A stretch of DNA of 64,000 nt, taken from Obrimoposthia wandeli. Lineage: Eukaryota. The translations under genes and the position numbers were made by a program. The notes under the pieces are model-generated. The model did not search any database. It was not told the origin of the DNA and saw only the letters and a list, made by a program, of their open reading frames with translations. How positions within the stretch are numbered: the stretch's first letter is position 1; every line of letters starts with the position of its first letter. The stretch lies in assembly GCA_977020255.1 (NCBI GenBank), contig CDROCS010000107.1, forward strand, positions 1 to 64,000. The letters are read 5' to 3'. Positions 40,979 through 51,839 of this stretch are shown here, one piece after another.

Positions 40979-41881
40979 GCGGCTAGGCTCCGTGTTTTTG
41001 TTAATAGTGATAAATGGCAGCAAAGATTACCTACTAGGTTGACATCAAATACTGGTGTTTTCAATACAGATATTTCAATTGTAATAGCTTTTTTTGTCAA
41101 TATTTTATCTTTCAAATTAAGCATGTAGAGCGCCTTTGTGAAGAGGGTATAGCAGCTGAATGAGGAAGCATGTAGTTAAGTCTAAAACGCTTCTAGCATA
41201 TAGAATGTTTCGTGATTTGCACGGCAAATTATTCATAGAGAATATAGCTGGCGCTTGATCGTATATTTCTGAGCGCGTCATGCAACAAAGTACACTCTCA
41301 CTTAAAATGTTTAATCACTATTTCTATAATTTCAATAGGCTACTGAAAAATGATACCAATCAAATGAATGTCCTATTAAGACGTTAAGCGTTGAAGTATT
41401 CGACTCTAATAGATTGTCCAATGATCATTAATTTATCCATCTAATATCAGTGTAAAAATTAGATCGTAAAATACTAAAATCAAGAGTGATGGAAGAGCGA
41501 TATATGCTGTTGGGATAGAAAACGGCGATTAAAAAGGAGAGGATTGTCGAGCGAATAACGAAAGCCATTAGTACCAGTGGTTTCTTTATTCGAAATCAGC
41601 CCGTTTACTTAATCGCTAAACACACATTCGCGCGTTGTGTCAGGTCACCTATGTAAGGAGATATGGGGTTGAGTCCAATACGTCTATGGGGTATTGGATA
41701 TTTGGTGTATAGGTCAAAGGGCCTGTTGATAAGTACGTTGGTACCCGTGAAAAGTATTATAAAGCATACTGTAACTGCGAAGGGTAACAAACCGCTTCTT
41801 AGCTACAGTATCTAAGTGAGCTTCGCTATCAAGACACGCTAGCGCCGTTTCTCCACGTCTCTTTAATATCAGAGGTTTGGA

Positions 41882-43252
41882 TTAACCGTTGATCAAAAAG
41901 TGGGCATATATGCTGGCGGCATAGCCGAGTGCGATAGCCCAACTCCATTTCAAGTGACTAAAGAAGCTATACATACCTTTTGACTGTCCCATTAATGCAA
42001 CGCCTGCGGCAGAACCGACTGACAACAAGCTGCCGCCGACGCCAGCCGTCATAGTGACTAACAACCATTGAAAAATATCCATCTCTGGGTTCATGGTTAA
42101 AATAGCAAACATAACGGGAATGTTATCAACAATGGCAGAGAGTACTCCAGCAACAATATTTGCATTCGTAGCGCCGAAATCCCCATACAGTAAATTTGAA
42201 ACATCAGCTAGATAGCCGATAGTACCTAAGCCACCCACACAGAAGATGACGCCAAAAAAGAATAGCAATGTATCCCACTCAGCCTTGGCGACCTTACTAA
42301 ATATATTGAATTCGGTGGTGATTTGCGTCGAGTTATTTTCTGATATTTTTATATAATATGAGAAAAAGAATAAATAGGACAAGCCTGTCATCATGCCTAA
42401 AAATGGTGGTAAGTGTAGGAATTGTTCAAAAGCTACCGCTGTCATTATCGTGCATATAAAGAGTAAGCATATTGAAATAGCCCCTTTTTTCAAGAACACG
42501 CTCCCCCCCGAAGCTTTTGGTGTTTCATTGGGAATAGAGAAACTCATTATTGATGCGGGTATAAGAAAGTTGATGAGTGCTGGGATGAATAATACAAAGA
42601 AGCCAAAAAAATCAATATGGCCAGATTGCCAAACCATTAGCGTAGTAATATCACCAAACGGGCTAAATGCCCCACCCGCATTGGCTGCCACCACAATATT
42701 GATAAACGCAAGTGATACAAATTTTGGTTTATCGGCACCAACAGCTAATACCACGGCACCCATTAGCAAAGCGGTGGTTAAGTTATCTGCAATCGGTGAA
42801 ATAAAGAAAGCTAAAAATCCAGTGATCCAAAAAAGCTTTTTGTAGCTATACCCTCGCTTGACTAACCAAGCTCTTAACGCTTCAAATACATTGCGCTCAG
42901 TCATCGCATTGACGTAAATCATTGCGGTCAATAGAAACAAAAATAGTGCAGAGTATTCCAATAAATTATGATTTAAGGCTTGCTCAACGAGTTCTTTGCC
43001 ATCCTCTTTACTCTTGGCTAATACAGCGACCAAGATCCAAATAATCCCGGCGGCTAATATTACGGGTTTAGATTTTCGTAAATGAATAAACTCCTCGGCA
43101 ATGACCAACGCGTATCCAATAACGAAGATAACTAAGGCTAGAAACCCCAGCGTTGATGATGTCATATCTAAGTGACCAATTGCGGTCTCAGAAGCCAGGG
43201 TATTTGTGGTACTCAGACAATATAAAAGTAACGTGATGAATAGCTTTTTCAA
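41882..43252 (-). CDS. nhaD: Na+/H+ antiporter NhaD
   Basis: LRKSKPV, SPIADNLTTAL, AFSPFGDITT, SAIVDNIP. Confidence 0.95.
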   Translation of the reverse strand: MKKLFITLLLYCLSTTNTLASETAIGHLDMTSSTLGFLALVIFVIGYALVIAEEFIHLRKSKPVILAAGIIWILVAVLAKSKEDGKELVEQALNHNLLEYSALFLFLLTAMIYVNAMTERNVFEALRAWLVKRGYSYKKLFWITGFLAFFISPIADNLTTALLMGAVVLAVGADKPKFVSLAFINIVVAANAGGAFSPFGDITTLMVWQSGHIDFFGFFVLFIPALINFLIPASIMSFSIPNETPKASGGSVFLKKGAISICLLFICTIMTAVAFEQFLHLPPFLGMMTGLSYLFFFSYYIKISENNSTQITTEFNIFSKVAKAEWDTLLFFFGVIFCVGGLGTIGYLADVSNLLYGDFGATNANIVAGVLSAIVDNIPVMFAILTMNPEMDIFQWLLVTMTAGVGGSLLSVGSAAGVALMGQSKGMYSFFSHLKWSWAIALGYAASIYAHFLING

Positions 43253-44087
43253 GATAATAACTCCCTTGTGGAGGTTTGAATTTCAGCTTTAAAATTCGTG
43301 CTGTGAATAAGTTTATTGTTCAATATTGTTACAGGCTCGATAAACCTAGCGTGTAGCACTATTTGATCAGTGCATGGCAGCAGGTGACGTCACTTAGATA
43401 AATACGCGTTTACTTGTACAGCTAACTGACAGTCAAGGCATTTATTATCCGGATCCATTCGGGTTAAATAAAAAAGTGATGAGAAGTAAAGGCCTATGGA
43501 ATAGAGGAAAATATCATAGCGTTATAATGAATAGCTGTTATTGATTTGGGCCAGTTTTTAATTCATTAATGGCGAGAATACCTGTCAAACCTATCATTAA
43601 TAACACTTAGTGAGGTGCAAACGCTAATAATCCAAATCCTCCTTGGAGCACTAAAAAATGGGTGAGAGAGGTCGTGATTTAGCCAAAATATTTTATGAAA
43701 TGCAGGCCGCTTATTCGGTGTAAAGCAGTAACAAAGATCACGATAGATACCGTACACTCCGTATGATCGCTAAGCGGTTACCCCTAGAGCCAAAAAGATT
43801 AAAGGGCGCTGACATTTATTTCTACATTATTTGGGATTTTAGCGCTGAGTTATCCGTTGAGAGCATGTAGAGACTTAATCGTATGTTTCTTAGTGTCTAT
43901 TACCCGTTTTATAAGCTTATAGGGTATTTTATCGAGGTTATGCAATGATAATGATAGCTAGCTATTGAACGCCATTTTAAGTATTTAGCGGGCAGGCGGC
44001 ATACAAATTGATGAAGTTGTCAGTGCGAAGTCCAATAAGAAATAACAAGGCTGGTAAACTGTAATGTCACTCAGCCTTGTTGCTGTG

Positions 44088-44969
44088 CTAAGAGTTAAAG
44101 GCAGCAAGTAATGCTTTAAGCTGTTCATTTTCTGCATGGGTGACGCCGCGCAAAGGTTTCCTAGGTTGCCCTGCATCTATACCATATTGTTTTAATCCAG
44201 CTTTGATCGCTTTCGGGATACCACCGCTAACAATAAAGCGCAACATCGGTAATTGCTGGTAAAATAAACGCCGCGCTTGCGCTAGCTCGCCTTTAAAGAC
44301 GGCGTCAGTCAAAGCTTTGGGTTGATTACCCAATAAATTAGGTGCTGCAGTGCACCAACCACTAGCCCCTGCACATAATGCTTCCAGTGCTAAAGGATTA
44401 CTACCGTTATAGAAGGGGAGTGCTCCCTGTGTTAGCTCGAAAATCTTATGCATACGTTGGATGTCACCACTGCTTTCTTTGACCATAGTGACATTGGGTA
44501 TTTCTTGATACATTTTGACAAGTAACTCTGGAGACATATCAATGCCGCTTGTTGCGGGATTGTTGTACACCATAATAGGAATAGCGATTTCATTTGATAT
44601 TTCTTTAAAGTGGTTAAATATCTCCTGCTCAGTTAGTTTCCAGTATGAAACGGGTATTACCATCACCGCATCCGCACCGATTGATTGCGCATAGCGTGCT
44701 TTACTAACAGCTCCCAGCGTCGTTAATTCAGAGATGCCAACAATAACAGGTACTCTATGGTTGATGGTTCTAATTGTAAAGTCTGCCACTTGTCTCCATT
44801 CATCTAAACTTAGATAGGCACTTTCACCAGTACTGCCTAAAGGTGCGATTGCGTCGCTGCCGTTGGCTAGTAATCGCTCTAAAGTTTCACCTAACACATC
44901 AAAGTCGATGCTTCTTTCATCTTTGCTAAAAGGGGTTATCGGGTAAGAAATAATGCCTGATAAATTCAT
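44088..44969 (-). CDS. DHDPS/DapA-family class I aldolase
   Basis: GSTGE, YNNP, VKESSGD with the Schiff-base Lys. Confidence 0.92.
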   Translation of the reverse strand: MNLSGIISYPITPFSKDERSIDFDVLGETLERLLANGSDAIAPLGSTGESAYLSLDEWRQVADFTIRTINHRVPVIVGISELTTLGAVSKARYAQSIGADAVMVIPVSYWKLTEQEIFNHFKEISNEIAIPIMVYNNPATSGIDMSPELLVKMYQEIPNVTMVKESSGDIQRMHKIFELTQGALPFYNGSNPLALEALCAGASGWCTAAPNLLGNQPKALTDAVFKGELAQARRLFYQQLPMLRFIVSGGIPKAIKAGLKQYGIDAGQPRKPLRGVTHAENEQLKALLAAFNS

Positions 44970-44978
44970 AATGGATCC

Positions 44979-45755
44979 TTATATACAGTCAGAGTTTGTT
45001 TTTAAAGTTTGACGGGCGTAGTAGGCAAAATTGACTTTATTCCGCTTGTCAGTTGACACCCAGTCGTGCGCCTCATTAGCGAGTGCTGGTGGTAGAGGTT
45101 GTATTTGTCCAGCAGCCATTGCTAGTAGCTGTAATTTAGCGGCTCGTTCAATTAATATGGCTAAATTACATGCTTCTTCAATGGTTTCACCAGTGACTAA
45201 TTGACCGTGATGGGCTAGGAATACAGCGCGCTTTTCGGCGAGTGTTTTTGAAATAATGATGCCCTCTTCATTGCCGACAGGGACCCCCGGCCACTCGTTT
45301 AAGAAAGCACAATCGTCATAGAGAGCGCAGGTATCCATTTGGGAAATCATCAGTGGTACACCTAGCATCGACAGTGCGGCAATGTGCGTGGGGTGGGTAT
45401 GAATAATACAATTTACTTTGGGGTGCTCTTGGTAAATCCAAGTATGGAAGCGGTTCGCTGGGTTAGCCATTCCCTCGCCATCTAATGGTATTAAATCTAG
45501 ATCCACTTCAAGTAAATTGTCTGCTGTTATTTCATCAAAACCCAAGCCGAGCTTTTGAGTGAGAAAGCTATCGCCTTTTGCAGTGCGACACGTCATTTGT
45601 CCTGCTAAACCAGAGTCGTGGCCTTTATCAAATAAAATTCGACAGGACAGTGCCAATTTTTGCCGATCTGAATAATCGGCATCTTTAATCAATGCCTTCA
45701 TACTTTCTTCAGCGCTTCGCATTAATTCATTTTTGCTCATAGTGGCTGTTTTCAT
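44979..45755 (-). CDS. Class II aldolase/adducin-head family protein
   Basis: GHDSGLAGQ, NPANRFH, IIHTHP, LAHHG metal-binding His. Confidence 0.92.
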   Translation of the reverse strand: MKTATMSKNELMRSAEESMKALIKDADYSDRQKLALSCRILFDKGHDSGLAGQMTCRTAKGDSFLTQKLGLGFDEITADNLLEVDLDLIPLDGEGMANPANRFHTWIYQEHPKVNCIIHTHPTHIAALSMLGVPLMISQMDTCALYDDCAFLNEWPGVPVGNEEGIIISKTLAEKRAVFLAHHGQLVTGETIEEACNLAILIERAAKLQLLAMAAGQIQPLPPALANEAHDWVSTDKRNKVNFAYYARQTLKTNSDCI

Positions 45756-45813
45756 AAGCTCATCTCCAAGTTCAGTTGCATTACGTTGTCAGTGAGTAGA
45801 CAATAAATCCTTA

Positions 45814-45856
45814 CTGGACCACTAAAAACATCCAGTTTTGTTTTTAATAATGGTCC
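45814..45856. promoter_or_regulatory. Candidate MocR-family operator repeats
   Basis: CTGGACCA (45814-21), ATCCAG (45830-35) and TGGTCC (45851-56) form nested inverted repeats in the divergent gap. Confidence 0.45.
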
Positions 45857-45872
45857 TGGTAAAGGAAGCTAA

Positions 45873-47348
45873 ATGTTAAGACCTTGGCAGATGCAATTTT
45901 GGCTTGAAAATAGTGCGGGTCATTCGTTCCATAGCAGATTGACTAATCAATTAATAAAGGACATTCAGACCGGCCGCTTGCTACCTAGCACAATGATGCC
46001 CGGAACACGTGTGTTAGCTAAACAGCTAGAAGTGAATAGAAAAACAGTACAGTTAGTTTACGAAGAGCTGGAGTCGCAGGGCTGGCTCATATCAGTTGCC
46101 AGAAAAGGTACTTTTGTGGCTGATGTTTTACCTGAAAAATCGCTATCTAACCGGAATAGAGGGCTTGTTGCATTCGCCAGAGAAACCCAGCCGGTATCGA
46201 CCTTAAAAAGTAAGTTATACACTGCGGCGCTTTCAACAAATGTATTACCCACAATCAGTAACGATGGAGTACCAGATGTTCGATTAATCCCCTACGAAAT
46301 TATTTCTAAGGCTTATCGTCGCGCGCTTATTCAATCGAGTAAGCACGCTTATTTGGGTTACGGAGATCCCAGGGGAACACTCGAGCTACGTACTTGCATC
46401 CAGCAAATGCTTATCTTAGATCGGTACATGAATATATCGCTCGATCAGGTTTGTGTTGTCAGGGGGAGTCAGATGGGGATATTTTTAGTATCGCGCATTC
46501 TGAATCCTGCAAAAGGTGTCATCGTCGTTGAAAAATTATCTTACCCTTCAGCCGTCGCCGCATTTGAAGCGTCGAAATTCAAAGTTATTCGCTGTGAGTT
46601 AGATAGTCAGGGAATGGATTTAGATATGCTGAATAATTTATTACAAGAACATGAAGTGGCTGGCGTTTACACAACGGCACATCATCAATATCCCACGACC
46701 GTGAGCCTCTCGATGGAGCGTCGTTTAAAGCTGTTAAGCCTATCTAAAAAATATGGTTTTGCGGTGATTGAAGATGACTATGATCATGAATTCCATTATG
46801 AATCACAGCCATTACCGCCACTAGCTAGCTTACCTAATAACGAGAATGTCATTCATATAGGCTCTATGTCAAAAGTGTTTGCCCCAGGATTACGCTTGGG
46901 TTACATGGTAGCAAATGCCGAAATAATTGCACAAGCAGCACAAGAAATAGTTCTTATTGATCGCCAGGGGAATACAGTAACTGAGCTTGCCGTCGCTGAT
47001 TTAATGCGCTCTGGAGAGGTTAAGAAACATATTCGAAAGGTACGAAAAATATACAAAGAGCGCAGAGACTTTGCCGCAACAGAATTTAGTAAGGTATTTG
47101 GCGACGACGTATCGTTTCAGCTACCTGCGGGTGGGATGGCGCTTTGGGTTAATATATCTAAATTGGCAAAGGATTTAAAACTGAGTTCACTGCAACATCA
47201 AGATATCGGTTTTAACACCCTTTATAACCCAGAAGACAGGGCACTTAGCCACATTAGATTTGGCTTCGGTGCTTTAACAGAGAGCGAAATAAGCTACTCT
47301 GTCAAAGCATTAGCTAACTATTTTAACCAACGAGCCTGCCATGACTGA
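45873..47348 (+). CDS. MocR/GabR-family regulator (GntR HTH + PLP aminotransferase domain)
   Basis: PGTRVLAKQLEVNRKTV, EDDYDHEF, GSMSKVFAPGLRLG. Confidence 0.94.
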   Translation: MLRPWQMQFWLENSAGHSFHSRLTNQLIKDIQTGRLLPSTMMPGTRVLAKQLEVNRKTVQLVYEELESQGWLISVARKGTFVADVLPEKSLSNRNRGLVAFARETQPVSTLKSKLYTAALSTNVLPTISNDGVPDVRLIPYEIISKAYRRALIQSSKHAYLGYGDPRGTLELRTCIQQMLILDRYMNISLDQVCVVRGSQMGIFLVSRILNPAKGVIVVEKLSYPSAVAAFEASKFKVIRCELDSQGMDLDMLNNLLQEHEVAGVYTTAHHQYPTTVSLSMERRLKLLSLSKKYGFAVIEDDYDHEFHYESQPLPPLASLPNNENVIHIGSMSKVFAPGLRLGYMVANAEIIAQAAQEIVLIDRQGNTVTELAVADLMRSGEVKKHIRKVRKIYKERRDFAATEFSKVFGDDVSFQLPAGGMALWVNISKLAKDLKLSSLQHQDIGFNTLYNPEDRALSHIRFGFGALTESEISYSVKALANYFNQRACHD

Positions 47349-47441
47349 ACGAAGAATACTCAATCACTGGGCAAGGCGCTGTACAGGCAAAAATATATTA
47401 CTTTGACTGATACAAAATAAAAAAGCACAACATAGCAGGGT

Positions 47442-48395
47442 TTATACTTCTAGTTTTGCTAAGTTGAGGTCTAGAGTCGCTTTAAGCAGCTTAAACAGCT
47501 TAATCGAAGCGTCGATTTCTTCTTTGCGGTTGGTTAAACTTTCAATATTGAGGCCTAGCGGAATACCAAGATCAATACAATAAGTCAGTATTTTTTGCAG
47601 ATTTTCTTCACAGATATCAATTGACTCTTGCAGTGGCTGTTCTGCATTTAAGATCCTGCTTTTCACAGCACGGGGTGTCGAAATGCCAAGCCAATCCATA
47701 AAGTTCATCGTTTGCTCGCTGCCACAAGGGGTAAACGTTAACACAATGCGTTTAGGTGTTATTTGCTGTGTTTTACAGCTGGCTGCGTACTGTTGTAGTA
47801 AGTCGATGGTAGCATCGGCGTTATAAACCGCTTGTGAGATAAAAAAACTACAACCATCAATACTTTTTTGTTGTAACCGCAGGTGCTCATCACCTTTAGC
47901 GTGATGGCGTTCGGCAATGGTTACGCCGCCTAAGTTAAATTCCCTCGAGTGGTTTTTTAACGTGTTATAGGCCTCTTTTAACGGCAGTTGAACTACTCCT
48001 TCAGATGAGGGGCTACCGACTAACACAATATTGCGAATACCAAACTCTTGCCATGCCTGTTCCAACCATTGATCAAACTCTTCTTTGCTGCGAGAGGAAA
48101 CACTTTTGTAGGCGATAGTTTCTTGATCAGACTTATCGCTAAGTAGCCTAGCGTAAGCTCTTGTGTCATATGTTGCTTTAAAAGGAAAGGGACGTGGTTT
48201 ATCAGTACGGCTGCTTTCGTCTTGAATATCATAAATAACCAAGCCGTCGTAATCTATAGCGCTTAAGCGCTCTAGTAACTTGTCAGCGATCTGGTGCATT
48301 TTCATCTCGTCGACTTCCGCTCTTGGTGGGGTAGTCCCAACAAAGTAAACCCCGCGAGAGGGATCGGCTAAACGAGTAGATAAATCGGCGCGCAT
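47442..48395 (-). CDS. Methylenetetrahydrofolate reductase-like protein
   Basis: GTTPP, YDIQDE, PFPF, FFISQAVY, FTPCGS patterns of the MetF-like family. Confidence 0.75.
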   Translation of the reverse strand: MRADLSTRLADPSRGVYFVGTTPPRAEVDEMKMHQIADKLLERLSAIDYDGLVIYDIQDESSRTDKPRPFPFKATYDTRAYARLLSDKSDQETIAYKSVSSRSKEEFDQWLEQAWQEFGIRNIVLVGSPSSEGVVQLPLKEAYNTLKNHSREFNLGGVTIAERHHAKGDEHLRLQQKSIDGCSFFISQAVYNADATIDLLQQYAASCKTQQITPKRIVLTFTPCGSEQTMNFMDWLGISTPRAVKSRILNAEQPLQESIDICEENLQKILTYCIDLGIPLGLNIESLTNRKEEIDASIKLFKLLKATLDLNLAKLEV

Positions 48396-48582
48396 AGTGA
48401 TAATTCCAAGTTGTTAAAGGTAAAATGATGTTCTAACTAATAGGCTATAGTGTAGCAGTGAATCAAATTCATTTTAATATAATCAAAGATGATAAATATT
48501 TAGTTTAATATGAAAAAAACTCATATAGAGAAATGTAAGTCTCTTTACCTTATTCTTCAACCCGTCGATAAATTGGATACCC

Positions 48583-49134
48583 ATGTCGAAAACTTTTGAT
48601 TTTAATGCACTGATAAGTGATGCCGCTAATACTGAAAAGCTGCCTCCACTTCATTTATGGCAACCCAAACTCAGCGGTGACATTGATATTAAAATTGATA
48701 GCCAAGGGCGCTGGTCTCACGAGGGAGTGTTTTTCGCACGCTTGGAAATACCAAAGTTGTTTTCGCGTATATTAGTACGTGAAGGGGATGATTACTTTTT
48801 GAAAACCCCAGTAGAAAAGTGGCGTATTAGTGTTGTGGATGTGCCTTTTACTGTTGTGGGCTTACAGCAAAGTGATAGTGCCCAAGGGAGTTGCCTTACC
48901 TTTGTTAGCAGTACTGAAGATGTCATTACGCTAGATGAGCAACATCCACTACGCATTGAGATTGACCCGCATACGCAAGAGCCTAGCCCTTATATAATGG
49001 TGCGCCAAGGTATGGAAGCAAAACTCAATCGCAACGTTTTTTATCAGCTTGTCGCATTAGCTGAATTGGACGAAGCACAGCAACAGTTACAAGTTTATAG
49101 TGCAGGGCAGTGCTTTGTGCTTGGTGCGTGTTAA
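48583..49134 (+). CDS. DUF1285-family protein
   Basis: PPLHLWQP..GDIDIKID..G.W.HEG; YFLKTPVEK. Confidence 0.9.
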   Translation: MSKTFDFNALISDAANTEKLPPLHLWQPKLSGDIDIKIDSQGRWSHEGVFFARLEIPKLFSRILVREGDDYFLKTPVEKWRISVVDVPFTVVGLQQSDSAQGSCLTFVSSTEDVITLDEQHPLRIEIDPHTQEPSPYIMVRQGMEAKLNRNVFYQLVALAELDEAQQQLQVYSAGQCFVLGAC

Positions 49135-49153
49135 TTTACACTGGCCATCGTTA

Positions 49154-49777
49154 CTAACGACTGTCGGGGACAGCCATACCCCGTTGAACAAAATCAAAAC
49201 TCTGCATGCTTTGCATCCAGCGATCGACATGTGGAAATTCACTGGGTTCAATAGCCTGCCAAGCGAAACGCATACTCCAAGGATAGATAGCGAAATCAGC
49301 AATACTCATTTCACCGGCGACAAAGGATTGCTGGCTAAGCTGAGTGTCGAGAACGTGCCATAAGCGCCGAGTTTCTTTGAGATAGCGTGCTTTTGCGTAA
49401 GGTACATCTTCTTTAAGAAAGTGATTGAAATGATGAGCCTGCCCTAGAAAGGGACCAAAACCACCCATTTGCCACATTAGCCATTGCATCACTAGCGCCT
49501 TGCCGCGGGTATCAGTGGGTAAGTACTGCTGATATTTTTCAGCTAAGTACAGTAAAATAGCGCCGCTTTCAAACAAGGTGATCTCTTGGTTATCAGGCCC
49601 TTGAGAATCGCGAATAGCAGGGATTTTGTGATTGGGGCTGACCGCACTGAATTCGGCACTAAATTGTTGTTCTTGTAAAATATCGACACTGTGTACCTTG
49701 TACTCAATTCCCAGTGCTTCCAGCATTATTGAGACTTTACGCCCATTAGGGGTACCCCAAGTGTACAAATCAATCAT
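49154..49777 (-). CDS. Glutathione S-transferase family (YfcG-like)
   Basis: TWGTPNG, SPNHKIPAI, LFESGAIL. Confidence 0.92.
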   Translation of the reverse strand: MIDLYTWGTPNGRKVSIMLEALGIEYKVHSVDILQEQQFSAEFSAVSPNHKIPAIRDSQGPDNQEITLFESGAILLYLAEKYQQYLPTDTRGKALVMQWLMWQMGGFGPFLGQAHHFNHFLKEDVPYAKARYLKETRRLWHVLDTQLSQQSFVAGEMSIADFAIYPWSMRFAWQAIEPSEFPHVDRWMQSMQSFDFVQRGMAVPDSR

Positions 49778-49787
49778 TGGTGACCTT

Positions 49788-51101
49788 CTACTGGTTTAAT
49801 TGCTTGCTAAAATGCTGGTAGATACTGATTAACTCATCTTCAGTGAAAGTGACTATGATGAGTTGCTGGCCAGGTTGGATGACATCAGGGTTTTTACCAA
49901 TATTACCTTGTTCATAATTATAGACGTAAGTGGTTAGCACTTTATTATTGAGTAATCGCCCGAGGAACGAACTCTCACTGTTGCTTAGCATCTCATCGGC
50001 ATCATCTGGAATAAGTGTCTTTAATTCCCCGTTTTGCTTGGTAATCTTGATACCTTTGGAAAACGTACCTGTTAGCCCTTGTTGAATTATTCCCCAGATA
50101 CCCTGCTCATCAGTTGGGTTTACCGCATGGAGATAAAAGATGCGTTTTTTGTCTGAATTGGTTTCATCTAGTAATTCACGCAGCTGGATCTTGTTTTCAT
50201 TACTGGTTGAGTCAGCGTTGGAGGAATCATTTGAGGGTGTGATGGCAAAGGCGATTCTGCGTTGGGGTTTATCGGGAGTAGCGCTTTCAATGGTTATGCT
50301 CTGAGTCTGATTTTTAGCCGGCTCACTCGCAACCAAATTTGATAGCTGAGCAACATCGACATCCGATATTTGGGCAATGTTTTGTTTGAGAGTGCTCAGC
50401 AGTGTTGTTTTTTCGGCTTGCGCCATAACCGGTGGTGTCACTTGCGGGCTAACGCTAGTTAATATTTTGTTAGGAGTACTTGGTGTCGATTGATTAGCAG
50501 TTTTGCTGGTGACTGAGGACTTCTGGATAACCGGGGCTAGTTCCGTCTGCTTAAAGCTGGGTATCTTGACGGCGAATGTTTGTGCGGGAGTTGAGGTGTC
50601 CTCAACAATAACCGGGCCATTAGGTATGGAGACAGCAGCAGGTATAACCTTATCGAATTTCACTGTTTTAACAGTTGAAACTGCCGTAACTGGAGCCGTA
50701 CTATCTACCGTTGCAACAGACACGCTGGGTGCACTAATAAGCACACTGCTCGCCTGTGCCAGTTCAGGGAGTTGCAGCAGTTGCTCAGCACTGACAAAAT
50801 GGTCCGCTTTTACAACGTCAATGGGGGTATCCGCTCTCGCAGTGATACTTTTAACGTGAGCCTGTGCCGCGAGTTTTTCTTCAACACTAATGCTTGGTAG
50901 TAAAACGTTAGTTTCACCAGAACTACTCAGTGCGTTTACCGCTTTATTGCTTGGCGCTTCATTGAGGGCTGTTTGGTTAGAAGCGTTTGATCGAGCAGAA
51001 ATATCTGCTGAATTTTGAATGTTAATTGCCTCTTGAGGCACCAATAGAAAATAGGCCGCTGCCGCAATGGCGATGGCTAAAAAGAGAATGACAAGCCGCA
51101 A
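49788..51101 (-). CDS. Membrane-anchored hypothetical protein with low-complexity linker and LysM-like C-terminal elements
   Basis: N-terminal TM, long S/T/A/P/Q-rich region, C-terminal NPDVIQPGQQLII. Confidence 0.75.
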   Translation of the reverse strand: MRLVILFLAIAIAAAAYFLLVPQEAINIQNSADISARSNASNQTALNEAPSNKAVNALSSSGETNVLLPSISVEEKLAAQAHVKSITARADTPIDVVKADHFVSAEQLLQLPELAQASSVLISAPSVSVATVDSTAPVTAVSTVKTVKFDKVIPAAVSIPNGPVIVEDTSTPAQTFAVKIPSFKQTELAPVIQKSSVTSKTANQSTPSTPNKILTSVSPQVTPPVMAQAEKTTLLSTLKQNIAQISDVDVAQLSNLVASEPAKNQTQSITIESATPDKPQRRIAFAITPSNDSSNADSTSNENKIQLRELLDETNSDKKRIFYLHAVNPTDEQGIWGIIQQGLTGTFSKGIKITKQNGELKTLIPDDADEMLSNSESSFLGRLLNNKVLTTYVYNYEQGNIGKNPDVIQPGQQLIIVTFTEDELISIYQHFSKQLNQ

Positions 51102-51276
51102 AAGATAACCCCTTAAGACAGAATATAGTCATCTGACTTTATGCTAGATAGCACTATTATGGAAGTTTTATTGTGTAGATTTTAGCGCTTAATACGGCGG
51201 GTGAATCGAAGATGAACTGAAAAGAATAAAGATTAAGAATAAAAATAGATTAACTTAAATTTCAAAGGGTTAATGT

Positions 51277-51301
51277 CCTCGGCGATCGAGTATCACCGAG
51301 G
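51277..51301 (-). terminator. Hairpin after the flavodoxin gene
   Basis: CCTCGGCGAT-CGAGT-ATCACCGAGG just after the stop; weak U-tract. Confidence 0.5.
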
Positions 51302-51309
51302 AGGGGATT

Positions 51310-51813
51310 TTAGATAAATTCGAGCATGACTTGCTGGCACCACTGTTCAACTCGCTCTTCTGTCAGAGAGTTTTGGCAATCTTCATCAATGGCTAGGCCA
51401 ATAAAAAAATCTTTGTTAGGCGTGAGTGCTTTGGATTCATCGAACTCGTAACCGGTGACTGGCCAATGACCGATGATAGTGGCGCCACGTGCAACTACTT
51501 TATCGTGTAACATCCCCATCGCATCGACAAACCACTCGGCGTAACCGTACTGATCACCCAGACCGATAAAAGCAACTGTTTTACCACTGAAGTCTAAGGT
51601 GTCTACCTCATCCCAAATTTCCTGCCAGTCTTCCTGTACTTCACCATAATCCCAAGTGGGTATGGCAAAAATTAATTGAGAGTAATTTTCAATAATACTT
51701 AAAGGAGAGTCGGCGACGTCAAATAGTTCAACATCATCTAAATGCTGTTGTACCTTCTCGGCGACATCACCTGTATTGCCTGTAGTTGTTCCGTAGAAAA
51801 GCGCTGTGCTCAC
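51310..51813 (-). CDS. Long-chain flavodoxin (FldA/FldB family)
   Basis: FYGTTTGNT, IPTWDYGE, GLGDQ..Y...F.DAMG. Confidence 0.95.
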   Translation of the reverse strand: MSTALFYGTTTGNTGDVAEKVQQHLDDVELFDVADSPLSIIENYSQLIFAIPTWDYGEVQEDWQEIWDEVDTLDFSGKTVAFIGLGDQYGYAEWFVDAMGMLHDKVVARGATIIGHWPVTGYEFDESKALTPNKDFFIGLAIDEDCQNSLTEERVEQWCQQVMLEFI

Positions 51814-51839
51814 TATAATGTCCACTTTAGTAAATAAAG

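Noticed and set aside
41410-41790. Hydrophobic minus-strand frame with in-frame stops downstream of nhaD (possible decayed membrane gene)
   Set aside because: No recognisable family; cannot be distinguished from random sequence without a search.
43253-43560. Na+/Li+ riboswitch upstream of nhaD
   Set aside because: Only two small hairpins; no nhaA-I/II or DUF1646 consensus recognised. An Infernal/Rfam scan would settle it.
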